DNA of 64,000 nt, from the NCBI GenBank assembly GCA_010405405.1, contig MU004230.1, forward strand, positions 592,627 through 656,626, read 5' to 3'. Position 1 is the first letter of the stretch; each line of letters starts with the position of its first letter. Source of the DNA: Microthyrium microscopicum (Eukaryota). Made by a program: the position numbers and the translations under genes. This document shows, in pieces, positions 14,182-27,968 of the stretch. The notes below the pieces were generated by a model. It was not told the origin of the DNA. It worked only from the letters and a program-made list of their open reading frames with translations, and did no database searches.

Positions 14182-17100
14182 GTTGAAGAGTATGGATAGT
14201 CAGGAAGGTGGTTGATAGGTAGAGTTCAAGAGTATTTGTTTTGCTTGAAGTCTGATTTGCTTGCAGTGGCGAGTCTGTTTTCGAGCCGAATTCGGCAGGT
14301 GCGAGCTTGAATGATGCGCGCGGTTCAAGGCGCGGCTGCCATTCGGGTCGAATGCAGGATCCGCGCGAGCGGGTAGTCACGGGCAGGCGGCGGGCGCACG
14401 TGGTTTCGTCGGTTGCATCCGTTATCCGATAACTTCTGGTCTTTTCAGAATCAAAATGTCTCTGTCGCGTCCGTGGATTCGTGGAAACATTACAAAATAC
14501 TACAAGAGCCATCCAAGGCTCTGGGCCACGGGTGGCCCTTGTGAACCCGCAGGTTCGCAACCTATTTCACAAGGTTTGGGCAACATGGCGATCCGCGAAC
14601 CCACGTCTGCTATGCTAGCCCATGTGCCAGGAGCATTTTATGTCGGTTCAATCTCATCTGGTCCCTGGAATCATTGACCTATTCTTGGTTTATTTCTCAA
14701 GTCTGTGAGTTCACGGCAATTCGGCTTGGTACCCCGAACAGCTATGATGGCTTAGAAGGTTTCTCCTCTCAAGATCTACTCGAACTGGAGAGGTTTTCAC
14801 ACAGCCAAAGAAAAATCGAATGCTAACTGCACCTTGGTCTTATCCAATGAATCAAAAGTTCTGTTTCGGCTTGTTTTTGGGAAGGAACGCATTTCAAGAA
14901 TAAGGCTGATGCAAACGGAATCTTACTGAACCCTAGACTCTCCGCAGATCTTGATACGCGATTGCAAGCTTCTCCACAAAGTTCCAGAATCCTTCTCTAT
15001 TGGGAACTGTCGCCGTCGCAAGCATATACTTTTCGCTTTTTCATGGCTCAGATACGAGATTCCTGCAGCTTTACTCAACTTCATCGTTGTTCAAGAGAAG
15101 ATAGTCCTTGGTCTATAAATCTTTCAGAATCAAGGACTGTCATGATCATCGTAATCAGTAGATGAATTTTAAGTTGGGCTCATCCTTCCCACCTGTCGAT
15201 CATCCAGCAAAGACCACATTCTACAATATCGTCTGTTATCACAGCCTATCATGCATAGTTGTATGTTTCTCCAGGGGAGTTGAGATAATACAATCTCGCA
15301 AAACCAACTTTCAAGAGCTGCAGGCGGAATTGCAGGAGCTAAGTGCTATCAACTCCAGTCCAGGATATACTTTATCAGTAATGTAATATCCTGTTTACTG
15401 CGAGCCATGAAAAAAACGAGCCTCGCTTAGTAGTGTCAAAATAAGACAATATCCTATTTTCAGGGTTATGACTTGTATCCGAAAAAAAGGAGTCCATTCG
15501 ATGGCAATAGTGAAAGTCAACGAATCGGTCTTTAATGTCCCCGCCTCTGACGCCCTTTGACTCCATCAAGGGCAGCGTGGAGGGTGGGCAAATTATATGA
15601 ACTTTAACTATCAATCAATTTAAACAGCGGCACTCGGCCACCCCAAGGCTGATTCCTTAGACCATAATATTTCCATGAGGAAGAGATGTCCATCGCTATG
15701 GTGTTACGCAAATAGATGAACGCTTCAAAGACCGTGTTAGGATGCCAACTGCTCGCATTGCGCGTGGATGTATCAAATATGATTGAGGCTGCGAGGCCAC
15801 AGCGTCACCAGGCTTTCAAAACTTGCTCCCAGTTAAACGAGAGGATAGGCATAAACTAGGGTTTTTGGCTACGCTGAGCTCGAGACGAGAAAATACGACA
15901 GGCTAAATATATTTGCAAAGATAATGAGTCGTGATATTAGATCTTATCCTGCAATACAATCCAAGGCAAACAAATGGATGGTGGTAGTCCGTCCCACCAC
16001 TCGCAACCAACAGGACAGAAACACAAGCCTCGGCCCAGCTGTATTGGTGTGGTGTTTCAGTCTTGGAATGACTTGCGTCGTCTCCATACGCTGCGGGAGA
16101 TTTAAACGTCTTTTGGATTAGCGTGGAATGGCAATCCTTTGCTTACATTGCATTATGAATAGTTGTATTCTGGAAAGATATCTTTCAAACATTTGACAAG
16201 GGGCGTCAGTCTGATACCAAATAAAACTCCTCAACCACTTCCTCGTCCATAATCTACTTGAGTTATCTTGAGACTGGACATCAAGTTGGAAGAGGGCGTC
16301 GAATGTCGAGGAAAACTCTGAGACATGTGCAGTAAATCCATGTCAGGTTCAAATTGGTCTTCTGAATGCACCTCTACGCACTGATAGGTATCATCCTGTA
16401 TGATGATGGGCCCTGACAAGGTTGATATTGGCTGGTCCATTGGCGTGTGCCGACGATATTGATGAGCTGAGATCTCTGCTCAACAGACAAGCCCAATTGC
16501 GCATCTCAATGTGCGGGTACATCCTGAAGGTCCGGGAGGCCCAAGATGACTGGGGTGAACCTATTCTCCTCGTCTGCTCGTCCATGGTCTACGGGGGGAA
16601 GACGTAGAATTGGTAGCATGTCTTGTGGGCTCATGTTGCTCGCATTGCATGTGCTGTTGACTCTTGAGTGTGGAGGTCTGGTCTTGTTCCCAAATCGTTG
16701 GTGATCTCCGTGTACCTACTACTGAAGCACTCTATATGTCGATGTGTATTAAGGTCTGGATCTGACCCTGTTCAAGGGAATTATTTGGGTTCGACCTAGG
16801 CTAGAGTAGTAAGATAATCATACATTTGGCATTGTGTCCCACCACTACCTGTTGTTCTTACTATATCGCTGCCTCGTTGTAAGCTGTACCACTCACGCCG
16901 TCAACTACCGTTGTTCAAGTGTTTCCTCAGACAGCATCCCACGGAGTTTCTTCTCTACTGTGCCAAAAAGAGTAACTTTTGAGATTGATGTCGCTGACGG
17001 ATACACGGCCATTACCATTGTAAACTGCGCCAGATTGTTTCCGTCCAGCTGTACTCTAGAGAACTACGCTTCAGCATCCTCTTCCACTGCCGTTGCCCAG

Positions 17101-17538
17101 GCCGATCCAAGCTGCGCTTTGCTTGTTGCTTGTGGCCACTGAACACTGGATATTGGACAAATCTACCAGCCATTTAGCCGCACTACCTCGCTGCAACGTC
17201 AAGTGTATGCGCCACCCGCCAGCTTAATTACTCACCTCTTCTGGTGGTGTTTCCCGGGCCCGCGCTCATGCGACCACACCTTGTCGTCGCAAAACACGGT
17301 CATCGTGCCACTTGTCAGCCATCTCTTGTTCGTTGAGCTTCTTCTAGAGCCCCTTTTGTGCGTCTTCTCCTATTTGGCCCACCATTCGGTAACAACCGCT
17401 ACTACCTGCAAGGACCCAGTCCACCGTGGATCCTAAACTGCTTTCCCCGCTCCCAACATCTCCACCATCAACAACCAGGTCCACGGACCGCGCAGATCCA
17501 GTGCTCACGCCAACTTCTCTCGTCTTGAGCCTACCTAT

Positions 17539-20498
17539 ATGATGCAAACAATCATGTCCGCCTTTGTGCCGTCAACTTCCAATAAGGAACCTGTTCAGAG
17601 AAGTAAGTTATACAGTATCATTCGTACGCAATGCGCGACTGACTCGGACAGACTATGTCTTCGTCGACGAACACAACCGTCATAAGCGGCTCAAAGGTAT
17701 GTGTTCTGCCTTGGATCCATACCAAGCTATTGAATTAATTATGCCATAGTTATGCGAGCGTGCGAAGGATGCCGCCGGCGCAAGATCAAATGCGATTCCG
17801 CCACCACCAATACTTGGCCATGTGCTGCATGTACCCGGCTGAAGCTACAATGCGTTCCTCCCAGCGTAAGCTACGAGAAGGAATCACCAACGCCCGGTAC
17901 TCATACATTCGAGCTGCAAAAAAGCCATTCATATCCATCGATCGAACAGTCAGACCATCCTGACATGCCCCAGGGCGTTATGCAATCTCAATATAGCACC
18001 ATAGACTCGACGCTTCACTCCTCAATACAATCACACTATGGGGATGTCAGGGGCATGCAATCCGGATATCTGGATAGCACAACATCCCCCGAAATGTTGC
18101 ATTATGGTGGCATGGCAGCCACTTCATTACATCGGCACCCGAATAGTGCAGCAATGTATGCTGCCTCGCAAAGCGTCCCGCCACCGCCCATGTCAGAGCA
18201 GGGATGGGCAACAGAATCCACGGCCTCAACACTTGCAGATGCATTTGGTGATCTCCAAATTGACCTTGCGGCCAAAGGTATTTAAGTCAATTATCAATTG
18301 TTTGGACACGAATATTGACCTTTTCTAGCTCCTTATATTGCAGATCAAAAGGAACTTGCAGAGTCACCAGCAGTCCAGGAATATGAGGTCGACCTTCCAA
18401 TGCTACTGGGGCCTGATAAACGAATTCGAATACCTGCAGAGATGATGCCTTCCGAACAGAAAGCGCTGCATTATTTCAAGTACTTCTTCGATAACATCCA
18501 TCCCTTTATACCTGTTTTATGTCAGCCAGCATTTTATCAACAATGGGCTCATAACCGAGAGTCGATTCCTCCTCTTCTACTGGAGTCAATATTCGCTTGC
18601 ACCACTGCCATGCTCAACGAGACACAAGAATTCAATCAGTGGATAGCTCTTGCGATACGTAAGTTAATCGCCTATTGATGGTTTATGCAAAAGCTTATGC
18701 GCTTAGGTCACGAAGAGAGTTACAAAGATGTACCCCGACTAACTACAGTCCAAGCACAGCTGTTGCTAATGAAAGCAAAAGAATCACAACCACAAAAAAG
18801 AGGGTATTTCTATCGATCCTGGATGTCAATAGTGAACATTATAGCCATGTCAAAGGATCTTGGTTTACACGAGCACCTTGAGTCTCATGAGGACGAAGGC
18901 TCCTGTGGTTTTAGTACTCCAGAGTGTGTAAGCAGAACTAGGATCTGGCAAACTCTCTCCATTCTCGAGGCTATGGTTGGTGGACCGCAAGGTAATTCAT
19001 ACTCCCAACTGTGTTCGGAATACTGCTAAATCTACTAGCGCGCTACGAGTTCAGTATCGATCCAGAGACTGTGGACTGTAACGAACCCAACCCCGACCTG
19101 TTGAATGGTGTTGAATACCAAGTCTCGCGACAATTTACATACATGTCTCGCTGCATCATCAACGTGCGGAAAACAATCAAGTCATTCCTCAAACTTCGAA
19201 GAAAAGGGCCGGATTGGAGCTTGAATGAAGCGTATACCTCTGTGGAAAGCCTATATCACAAGTGGACGTCCGACTGCCCGCAAGATCTTCAAGTTGTTTG
19301 CCCTCCGGACGATTCGCTTCCATGGATTGCTTCACCATTTGTTGGAAATATGGCAGCATACTGGCATCTAAGCATCGTCATGCACCATCGACCGCAAATT
19401 CACTATTTGATGGAGCACGTGCCTGGCGATTCTTGGAGACCATACATGCTGATTTGCTTGGACTCTTCCAAGAAAATTATACGAATCTTTGAAAGCATGA
19501 TTTCAACATACAAGACCGAGTCTTTGAGAGCTATGCTACGAGGTATAAGTTTCACAATATATTCCGTCTTAACATGCACCATGTTGCATCTTGTAGGTTG
19601 ATCTATGCTAGTTCTATTAGTGCGTTACTGACATTCACAGGCTGCTATCACTGCTCCCGATCCGGAAATTAATAACGCTGCTCGTGATTATTTCGTTCGC
19701 TCAATGAGGCTTTTGGAAAACACGACACCTCTTTGGCCAATGAACAGTATCAAAGCGCAAATTCAAGCACTAAGAGAGGCTTTCTCAGCTGATATGAGCA
19801 AACCCTTTGATTTGAAGCCTGGCTTTCCATTTGGAAGTCCCACGCCTCAACCACAAGATCTTCCTTCTATCTCCCAACAATCATCATATTCGAATCAACA
19901 ACATGAATCCCATACTCCCATAGATTCAAACCCAGTCAGTTACAACCTTGTCCTTCCCGTTACCCCTCCCACATCCATTTCGGAGGAAGACAAGCAAACT
20001 GACTCTCCGGTTGTTCAACAGTCTGTGGGAATGATGTCTCAAAGCAATGCTCAACAGCACAACTCCATGCCATCGGCTAGTCCTCAGGCTCAATGGAATC
20101 CGTCTCATGTTTTTAAGTATGCATACTCCCATCCTTTCAAATAAAAACTAGGTACTGACTTGAGTAGCAAATGGAACACGGCGTTCTGGTCGCCAGCATC
20201 TCAGCGAGGCGCTACAGTTGAACAGTACTCTCCGTCATTATCCAACGTTTCTGCAGTGCCCGATTACGAACTTCACACACCAACCAACGATTACAGCCCC
20301 ACAGCATACTCGTCTCACAGCTTTTCGCCAGAAACACCACAGTCCGCCATGACTCCGCGACCACTACCTACTTCATTCCCTAACATTGGTATCGAATATG
20401 TCTCACCAGCTGCGTGGCAAGAGGCCGTAGCAACATCCTTCGGTACTGGGCTTAAACGACGATGGGACGGCCCACAAGGTGGGAAACATATGGGCTGA
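17539..20498 (+). CDS. Zn(II)2Cys6 transcription factor with fungal-specific TF middle domain
   Basis: Spliced N-terminus NYVFVDEHNRHKRLKVMRACEGCRRRKIKCD...WPCAACTRLKLQC; YFFDNIHPFIPVL and RTRIWQTL motifs; about 7 short GT-AG introns join the ORF-track fragments; start codon tentative. Confidence 0.9.
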
Positions 20499-23400
20499 TG
20501 TGTCACTTTTACCCACATGCTACGATGACGGAAAACGACGAAATGCTCGACGAGGACATATGAACGCGAATGATGATTTGCACGATTAGTTGGTGCGAAA
20601 CCAAAAATGGCCATTGCGCACAAGGCTCGATGAACGACGATGAGTTCTATAACGAAGCTACTTTCACGCATCCAGGCCTCGATATACGCTATACATTCAC
20701 CACCGACGACCCACATACCCATTTCCCTTTTTGAATAGCGCAAACACTGCAAGTTTTGCCAAGTTTCCTGTGTACAATGCAAGGCGCAATTGAAAGGAGG
20801 AAAAGTTTCAACAGTACGCGATCTACCCGCCCCTTATCCATGTCTGTAATCCTCTGTATTGTCTTTTCTAGCGCCGCTGGCGATCATTGGAAGGATCTAT
20901 CAAATGTCTTGTGTTAAACGACTATTTTGTACAATACCAAATGTCTCACATGTCAATCTTTTATTACATCTCGTGTTCAATGTAAAATGAGCGAAAGCGA
21001 ATATCTTGATTTATCTGCCACTTTTTGCCTTGTGCATTACACTGTTTCGACGCATCTCGGACGACCGAAGTGGAGATTCGATCGCCCTTTTATGCTCTGA
21101 ACACTGCTAGAGCTACTTTGATAGAAGATCCTCGGAACTCCCGACATGGGAAAAGTTTAATGTTACTGCATCCATGAGCAAGCTTTGCGGATGTCCAACT
21201 GCCTTCATATTGGTTGCTTCAGTCACTGTTTACTTCAGGGAAAATGCACACTTTTTATGTAATGCTTGAAGTTTTCACATATCATCTAGAGTATATATGC
21301 CATTCATGACGTGGTGGCATGATGCTTATTCTAATCGAACGTTGCCGTCAAGCCGAAACAGCCACGCGGCTTGCTGCTGTAGATCCTGGTAACGAGGTAC
21401 GTTTATAGATCTTCTTAACTGAAGGACTTATAGGTTTGGATGGATGGCTTACAAACCCATGCGCCAGGGCGATGGTACAAGACGCGAATGGACTACTTAC
21501 CTAGCGGTTAAAGGTATGGAACCCGCTACATCTAACTACTAGTATGTTGTAGTCTCGATTTCGACGATATTTGAATCTGGAAGATTGACATTTGCTAAAA
21601 GACAGGATAGTATAAAAGCCTAACAAGCTTGCAATTCTACAATATTGACTGAAGACTCGGAGGACGCTGTATCTGATCTGCCAAAAGTAGAGCGTAGAGC
21701 TTTGGCAGATGTGTAAAAGCTAGTTTCGAAAAGGCATCAGTTCCTGCTCATCCTTAGAGCCATCTCTTCACCCTTTCAGTGCAGTCCAAAGGCCTTTGAA
21801 GAGTCGTTTCATCATGTATGGTCCAGGCTCTTGCGAGAATAGCTTTCTCAGGACTCAGCGCTTGAAAAGGAGCCCGTTCCAGCTACAGCGTCGAGAAGCT
21901 GAAAGCTATCGTTCGGCAAGTACTGCTTGAAGTTGGAGAGAAAGACAGCACCGAAAGGTAAAGCAAGCCTTTATACATTGCTTCTCCATACCCAGGGAGT
22001 TTCATCAGCGCCTTTCAACTTAGTTCTGGCCAGTATTTGGAACCTTGGAGATAAGTCATAAGAGGACCTGACTGATCAGAAGACCGGTTCTCTCTAGGCG
22101 TGCAGCTTTGGCTATTTGACCCACATTTTTCAGATCATTCAGCGGCGGAAGGAAAGCGAGACAACTCTCCAAGTCTTCATGAGCTTGTGGCAAAGTTTCG
22201 ACCTAAAGCCAGGACTATAGTGGAAGAAAGAGGAATGTCTGAGCCTGTAGGAGGCGAAGTAAGCACGCCAGTTGGGCTATCCTTTTCGGCGATAGCATCC
22301 TCGTAGGAATGCAGGAGATATTGGCTCCGTGTTTCTGCTCCGCTGAAAGATATCTTTCTCAACTCAGCCAAGAACATAGCAATCGCCACGGAAGTTTTTG
22401 GGCCCTTTTCCATGCGCCCAGGTATTTTGAGATTTTGAGCAGCTCTTCTTCCGCCTCCAGACTTGGCTTCTGGCCGAGACTTAACAACAGGTCATTGAAG
22501 ATCTGAAAGGCCGTCTGGCCATCCACCCTCCGCCGTGCTAACTCCCGGATCCAGGCAATAGGTTTCTGGCATACCTCCCTTCGTCTTTGAGACACAGGGC
22601 CGTTTCTCTGCGAAGTAAAACGGCAGCAGCGAGAAGCTACGACTTCAGCAAGCAATCGACTTTTTAGAAGCCAGGTTCCTCGCAGCTCCCTAGGGTCGAC
22701 GGTCATCAGGACCAGCTGGCTGCGCAAGTGATTTGTGGCACGTTACCCACACATGTCCTTGAATCCAAAATAGTGAACTGCAGCTGAGCTGGAAGTGTTC
22801 AGGTCAACATGTCGACGAGAAGACAGAATGACAGAAAAGCTGTAATGACGCTTCTCTGTCTAGGATATACGATATTTAGCGACATGAATTGAACCAACTA
22901 AATACATTAGCCAACTATCTTGATGTTTCTTCACCTACCTGCAAGTCTTGCTGTACATCTTTGTGCTACTATTTAGTTCAAGTGGTAGGCACGAGAACAA
23001 GCAGAATCGACTAGTCTTATCCAAGTATGCAAACGCCCATGTAGCATGTCAATCACTGAAAGAGAGGAAAAGAAAAGGGAACATAAGAAGACAGGGCGCT
23101 CTAAAGCACAGCAGTCCATGGCAGTGTTTACAATTCTGATATTCACCAACCTCGCATCCAAAATTGACCCCTATATCGGTCATCTCAAAATAGAACCCAC
23201 AAACATTCTTCTCTCCATTTCTCCAGACGATCTCACTTATACCCCGCCGAATTGGATCTTTCTCAATGTAGCCCTAGCATACAACCATACCGCATGGAGG
23301 TCTTGTCCGGGGTAGCGGCATACAAGCTATAGGCTCATTCGTTCCTCGCACCGCAAATATCAATGAGCAATTCATAAAATTCGTTGACTGGTGCTCCATA

Positions 23401-23696
23401 CGAGTATTGAGAAAAGATTCCTGGTTTTCCAAAGACCGCTCGCCACGACATATGGAAGGCTAAAACCCTGTACATCAAGCCGAGGTAGCAGGGCTTCAAT
23501 GCACAAGGTGTCTGCGTAAATTATAGCAAGGAGAAAAAAATTATTCTGCTTCCATATTGACAACACGGCCTTGCGTTTTCATACTCCACTTACCTTTTCG
23601 ACACCGTGCTATAAACTCGTCATTTTGGCACAGATACGAAAAACGAACCTACCATACTCTACTCCTCAGTTTTGACATCGTCACATAAGTAGCACG

Positions 23697-25177
23697 ATGC
23701 CATACCTCCAAACCACCTACCCCAGCATTGCCATAATTGGCGCCGGCATCGGAGGTCTAGTCCTCGCGCTCCAATTGCACGCCCACGGCTTCACGAACAT
23801 CCATCTCTTCGAATCCGCCGACGTTTTGACTACTCTCGGTGTGGGCATCAACGTCCAGCCGCACGCCGTCCTCGTGCTACGCAACCTCGGCCTGCTACCC
23901 GCCCTCGAGGCGACAGGCGTGCAAACGCAAGAACTCAACTACTACAACAAACACGGCGATGCCATCATCAGCGAGCCACGCGGACTGGACGCTGGGTATG
24001 CGGTGCCGCAGCTGAGCATTCATAGGGGCGAGTTCCAGATGTTGTTGCTGGATGCTGTTAAGGAACGGTTGGGCGAGGAGAGGATCCATTTAAACCATCT
24101 GTTCACGCGGTTTGAACAAGATGAAGACAAGAAGAATGTGACGGCGCATTTCATCAGAAGAGGGAGCGAGGAGAAGGCCGATATCCCAGAGTTTACGGCG
24201 GATTTGCTAGTTGCAGCTGACGGTATCAACTCCACAGTCAGACGGATTCTGTATCCGAAGGAAGGTCCACCGCGGTTCTCAGGAAGAATACTGTGGCGCG
24301 GATGTGTGGAGCGGAACAAGTACTTGACGGGCGCGAGTATGGTGTGGGGTGGGCATGCTAATCAAAAGTTCGTCGCGTATCCTATTTCAGCGAGAGCACA
24401 GCGACGTGGGCGAAGTTTAGTAAATTGGATCTGCGAATTGCGCGTTCGGGGTGAAGATGATCCGGATACCACACCGCCAAAAGCAGATTGGTTGGCAACT
24501 GTACCAAAGGAGCGATTCGCGCCGCCATTTGACAATTGGAAGATGGGTGGACTTGGTGTCAAGGATCTCGTGGATGAGACGGAAAAGCTGTTTGAGTTTC
24601 CCATGTGCGACCGTGATCCGATCGAGCGGTGGTCTTTTGGAAGACTTACCATGATTGGTGACGCAGCACATCCAATGTATCCCAGTAAGTTGAGGGCCTG
24701 GTATGCGCTTGGAGTTTTACTAATACGGGGCCAGTTGGATCAAATGGAGCTTCTCAAGCGATTTTAGATGCAGAAGCGCTGACAAATGCTCTCATTGCCC
24801 ACGCGATCGACCCAGACACTTATCGTACGACGTACGACATTCCGGCAGCTCTGATAGCCTATCAAGACGAGAGATTGCCGCCGACTGCGAAAATTGTGAT
24901 GGCAAACCGAGGAAATGGACCTGATCAAGTCATGCAAGTCGCCGAGGAACGCGCGCCGAATGGATTTGCGGATATCAACAATGTGATTTCAAAATCAGAA
25001 CTGGAAGACATTGGAAGGGCATACAAGGCAATAGCAGGATTTGAAATCGACAAAGTCAACAAACGGGCAGCGGAAACGAATGGGGAAGCAGAAAGACGCG
25101 GGCTCAAGAGTCCTGCGGGCTGGATGAAAGAGCGAAGTGATAACAAAAGCAAAGCAGGGCTTGTTTCGGTATTGTAA
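23697..25177 (+). CDS. FAD-dependent monooxygenase (class A flavoprotein, PhzS-like)
   Basis: GAGIGG, ADGINS and GDAAHPMYP|IGSNGASQAILDA motifs; single intron 24685-24734. Confidence 0.92.
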
Positions 25178-26629
25178 AATAGTGCATGATCGCCAGACTT
25201 TGACGACCTAACAGGACATATGGGAATTTGGAGTTGCGGTAAACAAAAATAAGAGATGACATGCTGCATTTGAGTTGCTGTCAGATTAGATCAAGTTATG
25301 CTCCATGGAGATTCATGCCGGCAAAGCGCGAAACACGATGTGAGTCGGTTAAGCAGCTTTGCAGTTCTTGGCTTTGAACAGTCAAGTCTTTGAATATCAT
25401 CATCCAGTCAAATGCAGCGTAGAAGAGGCTTCTTCCTTGAATGATTGATTGAATCTGGATGTCTGCGCTGGCAGCTGTTTGGTTTCAATTCTGTATTGTT
25501 ATCTTCCAGACATATGAAGGAGTGTTGCGAGGATAACATGAAGGATTCATGCCATGATCCAAACTCCTGGTGGCCAATTGACAAGGTGCAAATGCAAGAC
25601 CATAGCGGTACATAACGAGTTTATCCAAGTGCCATATGTGATTTCGTAAATGTTGTTGGTGAGAGGAAGAGTGTAGCCAGTACGGTTCATCGATGGCAGA
25701 TTGAGGAAAACTAGTGTAAAGATGCCAGAGTTGAAGAAGACTAGTCAGCTGAAATGCAGCTGAAGCTTAAGGCGTAGATGCAACATGTCCTCAAGTGGTA
25801 CGCGCAGAGATAATTTGATGAATATGCAAATGGCTTGAAGTTGTTGTCGATGTCGAAGAGATGATTTGGACAGGTACGGTCAAAATAGGCGGCAGGCATT
25901 ATGATCAGGGCGCCACCGAAGCATTCCATTGGTTGGAGCATGGGTTAGTTTGCGGCAGCAGGAGCTCTGGGTAGAAGCTGGATTTGGCAGGCACAGGTGG
26001 GCATAAAAGGAAGCTGTGACCCTGGCCAGACGCGCCTGCATTTTTCGAGCTCAGAAGCTTCACGACTTACGAACTAATTCAGATCCAGACAAAGTCTTGG
26101 CATCAAATCAAGACTCCATTACCATCTCCAAATCTTACTTCACTCTGCAACATAACTTTTCTGTCAGCACTTGATTGCGACACTTATTAACCTGTTGGAT
26201 TCACTGCGCATCAATCCGTTTGCTCGGTTCTTGCCCTGATCCAGCTCTTGTCGCTATTCTACTTTTACAGCCTTGTCGAGTGAATATTGAAAAAGATCAA
26301 CCTGCTGTACCGCCAAAACTACTATTACCAACACCACTAGCATTAGCCGACCAACAATTGCTCGCATTCCTCCACCTTTGTCTCCAACACCCTGGTACAC
26401 ATCTTCAAATCGCCGGCTATTTTACACTTTTCTCTCTCAAACATCGACGGGCCTACCCGACCGTGGCTGTTTAGGCTGCATCACCACCAATCACAGCACT
26501 CTATACTTCTCTGCATCCCCGGATCCCATTTGATACTCACACTCTTCAAGCCGCTTCCGCCATTGGGCCAAATCCACGCTACCCTAACGTCGGTTCTGTC
26601 AAAATCTTTTCCTCTACCCTATTTAGTCC

Positions 26630-27391
26630 ATGGCTCAGGCCCCTTACAACGACGAGCTCGATTACGCCCCGCGTTCTCCCAACCTCAACCCCCAGTACGA
26701 CAGCTACGAACCAGAACCCCTGCACCCTCAACACCAGTCGTATCGCGGGAGCATTTCTCAAGCCTCGCCCTTTTCACCTACTGGGAACGCCGACTATTTC
26801 GGTCGCGGTTCCATTAGCTCCTTTCCGCCCGCTACAATGCCAGTACCAAAAATGGAGCACGATGACGAAGAATATGGCGCGCCAAAACGTCGAGGACGCG
26901 GCAAGAAAGTCAAACAAGAGGATGAGATGGATACGGGAGGCGACGAGACTCATGAGAGCGCAAGTGGTGGCATCGAAGTCAAGACCAAATTTCCCGTAGC
27001 ACGGATAAAGCGTATAATGCAGGCGGATGAAGATGTAGGAAAGGTGGCTCAAGTAACACCAGTTGCAGTGGGTAAGTTTAAACCAGAGTCCGTCAACCGT
27101 ACCACAAATTACTAACACTCAATAGCCAAAGCACTAGAGCTATTCATGGTATCGCTCATTACACGTTCTGCTGGGGAGGCGAGAACAAGAAATTCGAAAC
27201 GTGTTCTTCCAGGACATCTGAAGGCGGCAGTCATGGGCGACGAGCAATTTGACTTTCTTAACGAAATCGTCAGCAAAGTCCAAGATGCACCAGTGGCCGG
27301 ACAGAAAGGATTGGGTTTGGAAGGCGAAGAAGAGCCCGAAGGGAAGAAGAAGCGCGGTCGGAGAAAAAAGGCAGAGTCGCCTGAGTTCTAG
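26630..27391 (+). CDS. BUR6: NC2 alpha subunit (Bur6/DRAP1/NctA), histone fold
   Basis: [38 protein letters not shown]...FDFL; intron 27072-27125. Confidence 0.92.
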
Positions 27392-27968
27392 GAAATCTCA
27401 CCATCTCTGCCTAACCAACCACCTTTAACCACTCTTCCTTCTCGCATTCGTCGGCGTTGATGTCCTTTTCAAGGAACGACGAGACTTACCAGTACTCGAA
27501 TCGTTAGCGAGTTAGCTGCTGCATGATTTAGGAACAGGTAGACAAATATGCACCTAGCTTCCACTTTTTAATGAAGACATTTCTTTTGCTTAATGATAAA
27601 TTCGTTGATAAACGTCGAGTAGATGTCGAACATGTGTACCTCCCAATATCATCTTGAGATCAGAGATCCCGTCTTGATGTTTACGCCTCGGCGTGGGATC
27701 AGCCTTGCAGACCCATGAGCCAATCATATCGTGTCCATTTAGCAGCGCCTAAAAATTCAAGACATTAAACTCTCTCCCTCTTCATTCTGTCCTCCTGACA
27801 TTCATCACGCGTTTACTGGCCTCTGGACGTGTCAAAGTCTTGCACTATTCTATCAATATGATCGAATAGTATTGTCATCTCCTACTCAGCCTCGCCTTCT
27901 CACTTAAATCGAGTTTCCTCCTACCATCATAATCCTCACCGTCAATACCTCTCCTCCCTTCATCCAAC

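Noticed and set aside
16750..16805. GGTTCGA with small stems as a tRNA
   Set aside because: No acceptor stem, D-loop or proper T-arm geometry.
17539..25177. C6 factor plus monooxygenase as a secondary-metabolite cluster
   Set aside because: No PKS, NRPS or terpene backbone gene and no transporter nearby; the flanking genes are housekeeping.
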